The position numbers were made by a program, and so were the translations under genes. The notes under the pieces were generated by a model that had not been told where the DNA came from, made no database searches, and worked only from the letters and a program-made list of their open reading frames with translations. Below, one piece after another: positions 1 through 11,763 of a DNA stretch of 64,000 nt. Numbering within the stretch: the first letter of the stretch is position 1; the number at the start of each line of letters is the position of its first letter. The DNA comes from Hemiscyllium ocellatum. Its lineage: Eukaryota. Location of the stretch: NCBI RefSeq assembly GCF_020745735.1, contig NW_026867509.1:1364001-1428000 (forward strand), given 5' to 3'.

Positions 1-46
1 CATTGTCAATCTTCATCGTCATGAGCAGGAAGACTTGCAATGCCCT

Positions 47-520
47 ATGAACACTTCTTTTTCATTTGGAGTTTTGATGTTCTTGACACTGTGCAAGTTT
101 ATTTTACTAATAAGACACCTTGTTTTGCCCATCCCCCCATACCACGTAATGTTTGAGATGTGTTTCTTTTGTTACAGCGGGTCACTGTGAGGTGCAGAGC
201 TCAAAGGCTAAACAGCTGCAATCTGTGGAAGGGGAACCGGTTATATTGGAATGTTGACTCGGCTTTGGTGCTGGTATAAAAAGGAGTCTGGTATCGGGAA
301 ACACTGATGGGCCTCCGACATTTACAGGCTACATACACCAGTCGAACATGATTTCTGGACACTGCCTAATCTCATTTGAGACGGGAAAGAAGTCCAAAAC
401 ATTTTCAATACACGGCAACGTGGTTGAGGAACACCATCGTATTGTACGATACAGGAACGATGAAACAAGCAGTGGATCTGGCCATATACTATCTTGTATT
501 GTGATGTCTCCCTGGCTCCC
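47..520 (+). pseudogene. TCR V-segment pseudogene (degenerate leader + V exon)
   Basis: Leader-like MNTSFSFGVLMFLTL from ATG 47; acceptor ttacag at 172-177. Exon reads GHCEVQSSKAKQLQSVEGEPVILEC-stop, then WYKKESG..GPPTF in another frame and DLAIYY near 480-500. No recognisable RSS. Confidence 0.5.
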
Positions 521-724
521 ATTAAACTATCGCCAAAAGAAGAATGTTATAAATGCCAGTGTTTTCAGCAATCTTACTTTCCAAAACTTATACTTCCAGA
601 TGGATACATTTCTAAATTCGGATGACCATAATCAATTGTAGAGAATCACATTAAGTCAGTCTCTCTGCCTGTTCCACAGTAAAGTACATAATGAACAAAA
701 GCGACATCTACTTTATAATGGAAA

Positions 725-762
725 GATGATCGATAGATAGGAAAGTAGATAGATAGATAGAC
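725..762 (+). repeat. (GATA)n microsatellite, imperfect
   Basis: gatagataggaaagtagatagatagatagac. Confidence 0.8.
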
Positions 763-1399
763 CTACTGAGCTTTTCTAGAAAAGTTTGTTTTCCTGAAAT
801 GCTTGTGAAATGCTCTCCAAACATGGAAGATATTACTTGCAAAAATTTGAAACTCTACAACTTTAGCAATAGCTCCAGAATTGTTCAATCTTACCCAGCT
901 CGAAGTTTAAGCAGGGAAAATAGCATTTCTGAATATCAGTTCAATTTCTACTGAACAGGTTTGAACAATGTTTCACGGTGCATCCAAGTCGGAGCAGCAA
1001 GTAGTATAATATTCAATGGAACTGCTGATGCACAGACAGACAACATCACTATTTACAATTTAGACTGCAATCGTAGATGGCGGTGTAATGGTAATAATGC
1101 TTCACTACCAATTCAGAATCACAGAAGAACTTTCTGTGGACAGATCGCCTGGTTGAACTTAAATTCATTTAATAATTTTGCTCGGCAGACAGTTCAAGGA
1201 TTATTATGACAGAGCAAGAACGTGTTTTGCACAGCAAAACTCATCTCTCATGAAGCAATAGAATTTTAAAAACCGTCACATAATGAAGTAATACATATTC
1301 TTATGACGATCAGCAATCAAGTAAACATTTCGAAATAAATCAACTGCAACTATTAATGGAACTGTGCCCACACAGCTCTATATGACAAATTTCGAAAGT

Positions 1400-1620
1400 C
1401 TGGCAGATCTCTGAGAAAAGAAATTCTCAATCATCTCTCTGTTAAATTGGCAACCCTTTATTCTGCGGCTATTCACTCTTGTCCGAGAGTCTCCCATGTA
1501 TGGACACTTTCTGTCAGCATTTACCCTTAAGACCTGTATATGTTTTAATAAGATCACTCTTATTCTTCTGAACTCCAGTGCTTAGAGTCTAAACCTCTTT
1601 AACCTTTTGGCCATGTTTAT
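1400..1620 (-). mobile_element. CR1-like LINE ORF2 3' fragment
   Basis: Minus strand reads LEFRR.RGDLI.TY-type and TRG/FFSQR-type C-terminal CR1 motifs with frameshifts. Confidence 0.7.
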
Positions 1621-2515
1621 TAACAGCATAATTTATCCATTTTGGCAGCAACATTCGCTCAGAAGCAGCTGCACTTATTGCTTTCTTTCAATGAATTTAT
1701 TTTATATAAAAGATCAAACATCGAATTATTTTATTCTGGAAGACGTACTAGCATGTATGAACGTGATCATTTTGCAGTGAGCATCAGGAGCTTCTGGATA
1801 TAAATACATGAAATATAAAGGGTCTGATTTTTGCCATTTACTATCTGAACCTTGCAGCAATCAGCGTGTCCGGTGAGTATAGAAGTTTAGGAGCAGCTGC
1901 ATGGCTCATACGTCAACTGCATCAAATCTCCATTGTGTTGGTAACACATCTCCATGATATCAAACCTTGCTCCCTTTTATCTACTGCGAATTGCACGTCA
2001 CCAGTATACATTTTCCCCTTATCTGATAAAACTGAGAATTTTTTCAACACAGTCGTTCTTCTACTTTCGTCTTTTTATCTCCCCAGTTATCTCATTAACT
2101 GAAATTAGTTTTTTCGTTGGATCTTCAACCCCTCTCACTAAATGTGTCAATACAACAGTTTATCTGTTTAGTTTCTTCAAACAACATCCCTGGTCTTCCA
2201 CTTTAATGCTTGCATGTCTCAGTGTGGCCGGTGCAATTTCAACATTTTCAATAGCACTTTTCTCCGCTTAACACTAACATCCTAAGATACAAATATGGAT
2301 GTACGGATCCTTTTGCAGTCTTTGTCGGCGGTTTATGATTCTATTATTTGAATTGAATGTTTTGATATTGTACTTTTCAAAGCTTTCTAGGGCCAATTTC
2401 TTCTAAATTACAATGGTGGAAACTAAACTGTTCTTTGGCACTGCCACGTTTACTGTGGGTAAATGACTCGAATGTTATCAAAGTGATGATTTAGAGTGTT
2501 AGACTGGGTATACTA

Positions 2516-2574
2516 TGTTAAAAATCGCACAACACCAGTTTTGATTGTAATCTGGTGTTGTATAATTTGTAACA
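2516..2574. repeat. Short inverted-repeat remnant of the element at 49066-50060
   Basis: tgttaaaaatcgcacaacaccag / ctggtgttgtataatttgtaaca arms (19/23 complementary, perfect 10-bp core 2529-2538 / 2552-2561), 13-nt loop. Confidence 0.7.
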
Positions 2575-3859
2575 CTATCAAAGTGTAAATGGACCCGCAA
2601 TGTCTTAATGGCATGCAACCGATGGTAAAATATAACTAGTTATATTGAGACCTTGCAATTAATGTTCAAATGGAGACCTGTTGTTTCAATTATGTTACAA
2701 CACTAACAGAGTAATTTTCAAAATGCTTCATTGATTGAGAGAGGGAGCCTTTTAAATCATGCATACATAGAATGAGGATGGCGTTGGCTGGGCCAATATT
2801 TATTATTCTTTTCTATTTGCTCCTACGATCGCAGTGCTGAGCTGAATTCTTGAACTGCTGCTCTCATTTGTACTAAATTGACACGCAATGTCATTAGTAC
2901 GTGTTCCAGGATGGTTGTACTCTCATTTAAGTCATTGTTGGAGAACCTAAATGAAATGGCATCTTTGGATGAAAAAGGCACATCACTGATCTCTGAAGAA
3001 CACTTTGGTTTTTATAGTGACGAGAAATTGTTCCAACCAATGAACCACTCTTACCCTTTGTACAATTATAACTGGTATGTGTGTCAATCGCCGTTTTGTT
3101 ACCATTTTGTGAATCAAACACTGACGAACTAAATCTCAGAAGTTGGGAAAATTGACCCAGTGACTGAGTTTAAAAGAAAGGACATTACTATTCAGCGACC
3201 TGTTTACAAATACAAATGTAATATATTGTTTCCCCGAATGCTGTTTCTCTGTCGGTTGTTTATTGTTGGTTCCTGTCTCACAGCAGGCTTTCTGTTTCCA
3301 GCATTTTTTTTGAGAACAGGTCTGCCCTTACACATTCAAAGTTATTAAGTTATGTACAGTGACGTAGAATTATATCTCACTCCAAAAAGCTTTCTTTATT
3401 TTGCATTCTTCCCATCTTCACCAATGTCTACACATTGCCTCAAAACTGATGGCATTTTTTGCGGAGACTCGCAAAATCAAACAAGCATAAAGAAATTTGT
3501 GAACGGGTTCAGAGAATGTTTCCAGGATAGTGTCTGGACTGAATTATGAAGCTACATCTCGGTTGGATAAATTGCTAACTCCATAATCGAGGTGTCATAG
3601 AAATTATAATGTGATTGTGTTTGACCTTCAGTTTGTTTGCTCAAAGGAAAACAACACACTAAATCAGGCTTTTCATCCCAGGCAAATTCCTGGTGAATCT
3701 CCTTTATATCGTTTCCAATGTGTTTTGAGTCGTTGCCATAGTGTGGCAAACAGAACGACAATATTACTACATCTGTGGGCTAAGCATTCTTGTATAAAAT
3801 TCTGAGAAGACTTCCTGGCTGTTGTTTCTACACGCTCAGTGAAATAAAACTTGCATATT

Positions 3860-5800
3860 GTTTTCTTTCTTCACTATGCTGCCTCCCCGTGTTGAATTCT
3901 TCAGTAATCTATGGACTTGTGGACCAACGTCTCTTTGTTCCTAAATACTCCCTCTGAACCTATCATCCATTGTGTCGATCCTTCCCTTATTCGACCTTCC
4001 GAAACCAATCATCTCGAACTTACCATGATTAAATTTGATATAGCGTTGTTCTGCCCAATTTATCAGTGTATCAATATCAAACTGTAATTTAAGAGTACGA
4101 TATCAATGAAAAAACTATCAATAGTATCACCAATTTTCGTTTCATCGGCTAATCCACTTATTATGCCTTCTACATTCAAATACAGGTCGTTAATGTACAA
4201 ACAAAGAGGAATGGTACCAGCACCGATCCCCGTGGTACGCCCTTGGTCACAAGCTTTCAGTCATAAAACAATGATTCACCTTTACCTTTAAACTTATTTT
4301 GCAACTCAATGGTAGATCTACTTTGACACCTCGCCTTGCATATCATGGATTCTTGTCTTTTATACGAACGTTTCGTGTGAGTATCTTGTCAATTGCCTTA
4401 CTGAAGTCCATGGAAACCACATCGACTGCAGTAGCTTCCTCAATACATTTCGACAGCTTTTCAAAAAACAAATCTCAACTAAATTGATCGGACATAGTCT
4501 CTGCTAACAAATCAGTACAAATTACCCTGATCAAATCCTGCATTTCCAAATGGGATTAATATTCACCCTCAGAGGTTATTCAATATCTTTTCACCACTGT
4601 CGTCGGACGAACTGGCCTGTAATTTTCTGCTTAACTACGCCTCCTTTTATTTATCAAAGGAACCACATTATCTAGTATTCAATTTTCTGTTACTTCACCT
4701 GTGGCCAGGGAAATATTCAGTCCATCCGCCAGACTCCCCAGCAAACTCTTTCCTTGAGTCACGTGGCAGCCTGAGGTGAAAATGGTCAGGCCCTGGGAAC
4801 CTGTGCACCTTTATGGTCGCTTATAAATTCGTACCCTTCTTATTCATAAACCACAACGTTTACTAGAAAGTCAGCATCACTTCTGAAATTCCCAGCAACA
4901 ATGTCTTCCTTCCCGTCAAGAGGGTTGAGAAGTAGTCGTTTAAGTCCTAACCCCGTCCACTGGTTCCACGGAGAGATTGTCCCATTATTTGTAGTAGGCA
5001 CCGCTCATTCATTGGAATTCCTTTTACTCTTAATGGATGTGCAAAATGCCTTGGGATCTTCCATGATCTGAATTACGAAAGATATTTTGTCGACCCTGTT
5101 TGTCCTCGCAACTTCTTTTTTTTAGCAAGATACCTGTGACCAGACATGCACACAAATATGTATCTGAAGGGATTTTCATCAGTGTTTTTTTAAATGAAAA
5201 TGAACTGATGTATACTTCCTTTTTCTGCTGTACAAGCAATTATATCTCTTGCAGCGTCAAGAGTTGGAGGAAGTCAATGCTTCGGGTATAACTTTTCTTC
5301 AGAATTCAACCCCGCTCCGAGTTCTAAAGAAGGGTTATACCCAGAAAGGTTTTCTTCTCCTCCTCTTGTCTTGCTGTGTTTTCCAGCCTCCTGCTTTTCT
5401 ACTTTTGGATTACAGCACCTGCATGGTTTTTTTTTGTCTCTAGTGATTTCCCTTAGCATCCAGGGGTCCCTGAACATGTTACCCTTACCCTCCACTCTTA
5501 GAGGAGCACAGTGTGCCAAAATTCTCATCAAACTACTTTTGAAAGATCTCCAAAATTTCAAATTCAGCCCTACCAGCAAGTGGTTGCTCCCAGTCTTGTT
5601 TGCCATTTCCAGTCTCATGATGTTGAGCTTAGCTCTCCTCCAGTTTCGATCTGCAACATCTGCACCATTCTTATCCTTTTCCATGACGACTATAAACTTT
5701 GCAACGTTGTGGGCACAATTCCCAAAACTATCACAAACCGACAGTTCAATCACTTGACTGAAATCATTCCCGCAAATCAGTCCAGCATTGTTGCTCAGAT
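3860..5800 (-). mobile_element. CR1-like LINE ORF2 (RT) fragments, degenerate
   Basis: Minus strand contains decayed GSVL(G)PLLFV.YINDL...ADD and FN..KCEV.HFGRSN-type RT motifs (about 4000-4250) and an RRAKL..RL..A segment (about 5600). Confidence 0.8.
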
Positions 5801-7265
5801 GAGCGTGAAGGACAGGTTTTCAACTTTCAGACGGATTACAAAACTAAGTGGGTAGAATAAATGGAAGTGGTTTAGACTTGCATTACCTCTCACTTTCTAT
5901 GTGCACCACAGTCAGTACAGAAAGTCGCTTCAGAAAACATTTCCCAGGATACATGTCGTTTTTGCAAGTGATATTCATGTCCCATCTTCGACTATTTCCA
6001 TTGGCTTTTTCACTACAAATTTTATTATGAGAAGCTAATTTTTCAAAGTGTGGATGGCTTTATGTAATAATGCTTCAATTCGAAAGATATAGTTCATTCA
6101 TAACGGTTACAAAAATGTGATATAACTCACTTAATTTTGCAAAACATTGAAGGTGCAATAAAATGCAAGCTAGCTCCTCAAAAATGATCCATCTTATTCT
6201 CATTTATAAGATCACAGTAATCTAAAATTATTTGTCTGTGTTTGATTATGACCACATATCTAGCCCAGACCATTGTTGATGGAATGTAAAGTGACACATG
6301 CTCTATTACAACAATTTCTGTGGCAGAAACAACTGCAATCAGAACAGCAGTTTGTGTTATGGAAAGAGAAATGATATTACCATAGCGATTTAAATCGAGC
6401 CTATTGTAATATTAGGTCAAACATAATCAAATGCAATATTTGGCAACTAGTTTAATACAAACATGGACAAAGCATAATGCAGTGCCCATGTGACAAGGCC
6501 CAATGTTGTAATGTAACGAGCGGTATTGTCATGTAAAGTAATAATTTCTCAAAAGATGCCAACGTCTGCTTTAATGGAGGGAGAACAAAAGTTTGATTTA
6601 GGGTTCAATACTATAAAGCTGAGGCAAAGCTTAGTCCAACAAAGATAATGTAAAACAGCTACCCAAAATATTCGTGTCCTTCCAGTTTCCACTTTATGTT
6701 CTGTCACCGCAGCTGAAAAGTGCGTACGATGAGGAGGTCGAAATCAGTCAATACTCAGTGGAAACTGCGTGCCAAATGCCATCTACATTAGAGAAGGATA
6801 CAGGATAGGCTAACACGAAATGCACACACATTTTCTATGCATTTTGTCTCCATTTGCCAGTAGATTGACCAATCACAGAGCTGATGGGTCGACTTTCGGA
6901 TCACACCCCACCCAATAACCGGATCAGAATTGTTCTCTGGCCTCGATCGTGTATTGGAAATTAAGGTGGCTGCATTCACCCATTCAGCAAGCCCCTCCCC
7001 AGTGCCTAACTTGGGAGAGATATTTTTAACGGTTTCACAGAATGCTGCATAATCCCTTTATAAACCTTTCAGTATTTACACAATACATCATTTGACACTG
7101 ATAACCACGCACCTCATCAATAATTTCACCAAAGGTTCCTGTGGAGAGCTATTCGAATCTTCTGTGCGTTTCAGCCCAAATCCGAGATTTAGTCTCCCTG
7201 TATGGTTCTGGGCTGCAGAGTTCACCGACCCGTCATACAAACCAGCAGCTCGAGGCGGGTGAAAC

Positions 7266-7742
7266 ATGGAAATCTTTATTATTTTCATCCTCTATATCTG
7301 GCTACCCTGTGAGTACTGATGAAATTAACTGACATTACTTTCAATCAATTAAATGTGGCCCATGACCATGCCTTTTGCTGACATAGACGTAGGTTAAAAA
7401 CGTTTGTTGCTTTTCTTTGTCGAATTATTTTCTAAGTTCCCCTTGATTAATTTCCAGGTGCTTTCAGTCCGTCCGTGACACAAACCCCGCCAGTGGTGAC
7501 CAGGAAGGAATGTCAGTCTCTCAGCATCACCTGTGTTTATTACGGTCACAACTGGGGTCATTATTTCCAAGATGGATATTTCCTCAAGCAAACCCATGGC
7601 AGATCAGAGCGGAGGCGGATATATAACGGAGGGAAATTTGTTGTACGGATGGTTAAAGAAGAAAATACTTTTTCACTGGAGATTCAGGACGTAAGAATTG
7701 AAGACGCTGGCACATATTACTGTAAAGCACATTACGAGAAAA
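7266..7742 (+). CDS. NAR-TCR-type V segment (IgNAR-like V), leader exon 7266-7308 + V exon 7458-7742, apparently intact
   Basis: Leader MEIFIIFILYIWLP, phase-1 gtgagt donor, tttccag acceptor. V reads CAFSPSVTQTPPVVTRKECQSLSITCVYYGHNWGHYFQDGYFLKQTHGRSERRRIYNGGKFVVRMVKEENTFSLEIQDVRIEDAGTYYCKAHYEK. Both canonical Cys present, extra FR1 Cys, no canonical Trp, short CDR2 region as in NAR-type V. Followed by a 23-RSS. Confidence 0.88.
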
Positions 7743-7781
7743 CACAGAGTGACGGCCGAATAAAAGTGCAATGCAAAAACT
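7743..7781 (+). other. 23-RSS of NAR-type V
   Basis: cacagag + 23 nt + gcaaaaact. Confidence 0.9.
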
Positions 7782-8107
7782 ACCCACAGAGATTTTCACA
7801 AAAACAGATGAAAAAGTACAGTTGTTCTGTTGATAACAAAACACTTTCTTCTACCCTGCACCATCTGCCCCATGTTCTAATTTCTAATTCTACTGTTTTA
7901 TTGCTAATAACGTCTGCAATTTGGAACAGCTGAGTTTTCACAGATGTTAATTTGTTTTATTGTGATTGGACTCAATGTGTGAATGTTGGGAAAGATGAAC
8001 ACAGTTTGGAGTCCAAAGCACAAATTAGGATTGAATGCTACGAACTGCAAAATTGAAAATCAGTCTCCACTTTTTAATTATTTTCTCCATAAATCGAAAG
8101 TACCTGA

Positions 8108-8180
8108 GGTTTTAATGATGACTTGAAACACTGTGTACAAGTATTTGGAACCCACAGTGGATGAGAATTGAACAAATACC
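8108..8180 (+). other. D segment (core 8136-8152, tacaagtatttggaacc) flanked by two 12-RSS
   Basis: ggttttaat-12-cactgtg | 17-nt core | cacagtg-12-acaaatacc. Confidence 0.9.
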
Positions 8181-8500
8181 ACAGTGCAATTAAAGCATAT
8201 TGTTTGCTCTCCCAATTGTATATTGGCTTCATTAGATTTGGTGACCTTGGTTAAAAAAGAATCCTCAAAATTTCCTTCTTCTATTATCTTTTTGTGGCAA
8301 TTTTCTCCATTTTCATGAACTGTTCATCTGTCATGCTTGTTCCTGGGTCACCTTGCTAAGATCCCAGAGTAACATAAATTACTGTTCGAATCAATAGAAT
8401 GCAACAAATATGGAGTATTATTAAATAATCGAAATCATTTGAATAATTAGAGACAGAGAGGTTGTTTCGCAACATGTGGCTGTCAGAATAAGCTTCCAGT

Positions 8501-8591
8501 AGTTATTGTTCTGGGCTGACTAAGACAGTTGTCACTGTGTTGGAAATACGTACTGTGGATGGACCCGGGACCGTGGTGACTGTCACAGCAG
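8501..8591 (+). CDS. NAR-type J segment (coding 8540-8591) with 5' 23-RSS
   Basis: agttattgt-23-cactgtg, then LEIRTVDGPGTVVTVTA and a phase-1 G|gtaagt donor. DGxG replaces the F/W-GxG motif, as in NAR-type J. Confidence 0.9.
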
Positions 8592-9129
8592 GTAAGTGAC
8601 TCGAACTGACATCTGTTACAAACTGTCTTAATTAATGCTCATACTCAGTTTATTTTTGAGACAAGTGACATTTCAATATGAGAAGTCAGAGAGGAAATCC
8701 AAGGTGCGGGTGAATTGTATCCCAGTCTGCAGTGGGAAATGAGGAAGAAAATCAAAGAGTAATAACGATAACTTGTACTTTCACTCTGGTCACAGAACAG
8801 GTACTAGAGGGCTAGAGGACACCTAGTGTCATGCCAAATTTTCAACGAATATGTTTTGGCTATATCAGGAAGTAGCAGAGTGTTGAGTGCCACAATGAAA
8901 AGTATTCTGAATGACAGAAATAGATTATACTCAGAGAGTCAAGTTTTTTTTTTCTGGAATAGCTAACATGGTTTTGACTGAGGCCGGTCATATCAAACAG
9001 GTTGACTGTTTTGAAGAGATGACAGGGAACGTAGAATTGTAAATTGCACTTGATGGAGTTGATATGGATTTCAGAAAATTGTTTGAAAGATTCCCACACT
9101 GGACACTGACAAGTAATGCGAAATGGACA

Positions 9130-9950
9130 TGGCATCTGGAAAAGCTTCGCATTTTGTGTCAATATTGGCTGAATGCTGGGAGATTGCCGATGTGACTGGA
9201 GACTCGGTGTCCAATGGCATATCATGAGAAATCCAAAATGACTTGTGCTTCCGAATCCAGGATTCACTCAATGCAAACTCGTAGTTTGAGGCAGTAGTTA
9301 GGATGGCAAATGCAATAATGGTATTTATTTTAAGAGCACTTGAATAATAAAAATGCAGGGATGTACTCCAGAGGCACTGGTCTGACCACATTTGGAGTAT
9401 TGTGTGCAGTTGTACATCCCATATCTCAGGACGGATGTAATGGGCCTCGAGTGTGCTCAGAGTAGGTTTACGATACTATTCCTAGGAATGAAACGTTTAA
9501 CATTTGAGGAATATTTGAAGACTCTGGGTTGATACTCGATTGAGTTTAGAGTGATGAACAGAGGCCTAATTAAAACATACAAAGGACTGATTGACCTGAA
9601 CAGGCTTAATGTTGGGAAGATGTTTCCATTGTTTGGAGAGACGAGGACACGAGGACATAGCTTTAGAGTAAAGGGAATTGCTTTTGGAAATGAGGTAAGG
9701 AAAACGTTCTTTAGCCAGATAGTGTTGAATCTATGCAATGCATTGCCATGGAATGCTGTGGAGGACAGGTTATTGGGAATACTTAATAGTGAGTTAAATA
9801 GGTTGCTGAGTATAAAGAAGATAAATAATTATGTGAAGAGAGCGGGAGAATGGGATTCAGAAACTTACCAGGAATGAATGATTGGCTGGACAGATTCAAT
9901 GTGCTGAATACCCTAATTTCTGCTCCAATGTCTTATGGTATTATGGTCTT
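9130..9950 (+). mobile_element. CR1-like LINE 3' end in the J to supporting-V intron
   Basis: ORF 9551-9877: LIKTYK..GETRTRGHSFRVKG..FFSQIVLNLCNALP, typical CR1 ORF2 C-terminus; preceded by LEYCVQ..PYLR.D motif. Confidence 0.85.
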
Positions 9951-10163
9951 TTGGATCAGTTCTGAGTGCCAAACAGTGAAGCAGAAGGACTTAAGTTTCA
10001 GGAAGTTATAAACAATTTGGTCACATTGGCAAGTCAGTGGCAAATCGATACTAAACCATAAAATGCCCTTGAGGGAAAATTATCTGCTGCCCTTACCTGC
10101 TCTACACAACCTGTAACTCCAGAATCACAGCAATGAGACTGAACTGCATTCTGAGGAATGTGG

Positions 10164-10332
10164 NNNNNNNNNNNNNNNNNNNNNNNNNNNNNNNNNNNNN
10201 NNNNNNNNNNNNNNNNNNNNNNNNNNNNNNNNNNNNNNNNNNNNNNNNNNNNNNNNNNNNNNNNNNNNNNNNNNNNNNNNNNNNNNNNNNNNNNNNNNNN
10301 NNNNNNNNNNNNNNNNNNNNNNNNNNNNNNNN
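10164..10332. other. Assembly gap (169 N)
   Basis: Run of N. Confidence 1.
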
Positions 10333-10560
10333 GGAACTTGATGAACTTTGGAAGAGGTTACAAGATAAGGCATTCTTTATGGACTGCTGGCACGAGTGAC
10401 ATGAGGGAAGTATCTGGGGATGCTTGTCCAGATGTCCCTAAGGCAAAGATTAGTTAAAATGTATTTTTCATAAAGAACAAATGGCAATTGCTTTTATTCG
10501 TCGTGGCGTAGTTTATAAAAGCAGAGAAGTTATAGTGGAGCTGCACAAGAATTTGTTTCA
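10333..10560 (+). mobile_element. CR1-like LINE fragment
   Basis: Decayed RT-downstream motif (LAFI.RG..YKS.EV...L.K). Confidence 0.55.
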
Positions 10561-11453
10561 TACACACATACAACATTCTCATGCAGAGATGTAACACATG
10601 CATGTCGTGTCAAATGACATTCATGTGTACTGTGCTCGGTCTATTTGTTATTCTATTCGACCTCGGTCAGATTGGAACAAGCCACACTCAATTGAATCTT
10701 TCTGTGGACTGTGGTTAGTGGATGCATGGGAGAACTACTAACTGCAAGTTCAAACACCAGCCTGACTTACAAATATGATTCCTTCTTTTATTGTCGATCG
10801 GTCATATCCTGAAAATCACTCCTTAACTGCATTTTGATTGTACTTGCAATCATTAGATGCAAAAGTTAGAGAGGCACCTCACGACCACCTACAAATGCGT
10901 TATTAGGAACGGGCAATGAGCTCTGATTTGGACAGCAGAGTTCCAGATCTCAAACACAAAGACATATTGCGGGTTTTCTCTCAGTCAACTACTTTTGAAA
11001 GTAATTGTTTCAGTGAAAAGGAGAATTAACTCTTAAAATATTTTTGATATGCGTGTTTGCTCAGTTTCAATTGAACTCAAGGAATTAAAAAAAAGCAGAA
11101 TCTCATTATACTTCCAATCTTATTCCTGCAGATTCTTACAAGTTACTTTCAAATTGTGAACAGTCCTAGGTCATTTCCTCGTGTACTTGGAATTATTCAA
11201 TCCTTCATTTTTTTTCTCCTAATTCCCGTTTGAGTGTTACTCTTGAGTCATTCTGTCATGTACTCCTGAGTGGAACAACTTGCGTTCTATTTTCCAAAAA
11301 TCTCGATATCTCCCCGCTGTTTTAGTTTGATTTTAATTATACTATTGATCTTACTGCAAAAGAAAAAAAATGCTTTAATAGCAGAGCTATGCTCACCAAT
11401 GAGACGTTTTCTTGATAATGGTAATGAAACAAACTTCTCATTTAATTCCATAG

Positions 11454-11763
11454 ATTCCAGTTCTCTGGTGTCTCACAGTCCACCTTTACAAACCTCCACA
11501 GCTGGCGAAACTGTTACTTTAAGCTGGGAATATTCAGGGTTCTGTCATTACACAGTATATTGGTACAGTCAGTCAACTGGTCAAGCTCTGAAACACCTGC
11601 TTCAGAGACACACTTCAGAAGAGGAGAATCAAAATGATGTTGCAGGGGGAAAACTGTCCGCTTCCATCAATTCTGCAACAAAAATCGTTCAACTAAAGAT
11701 CTCTAAAATGCAACTGGGGGACTCCGCCGTGTATGACTGTGCACTGAGTCGGCGCTCAGCACG
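11454..11763 (+). CDS. Leaderless 'supporting' TCR-delta V exon of the NAR-TCR cassette; open frame but C23W and YYC to YDC (ORF or possible pseudogene)
   Basis: Acceptor tttaattccatag; phase 1 matches the J donor (G+AT = Asp). Reads DSSSLVSHSPPLQTSTAGETVTLSWEYSGFCHYTVYWYSQSTGQALKHLLQRHTSEEENQNDVAGGKLSASINSATKIVQLKISKMQLGDSAVYDCALSRRSA. CDR1 Cys (YSGFC); no leader exon found upstream; 23-RSS follows. Confidence 0.85.

Noticed and set aside
961-1209. ORF with GNNASLPIQN resembling an Ig E strand
   Set aside because: Canonical Cys/Trp positions absent; no RSS.
3611-3805. RQIPGESPLY resembling V FR2
   Set aside because: Isolated motif; flanks lack FR1/FR3 features.
8180-8186. Extra cacagtg overlapping the D 3' nonamer
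   Set aside because: No nonamer at 12- or 23-nt spacing.
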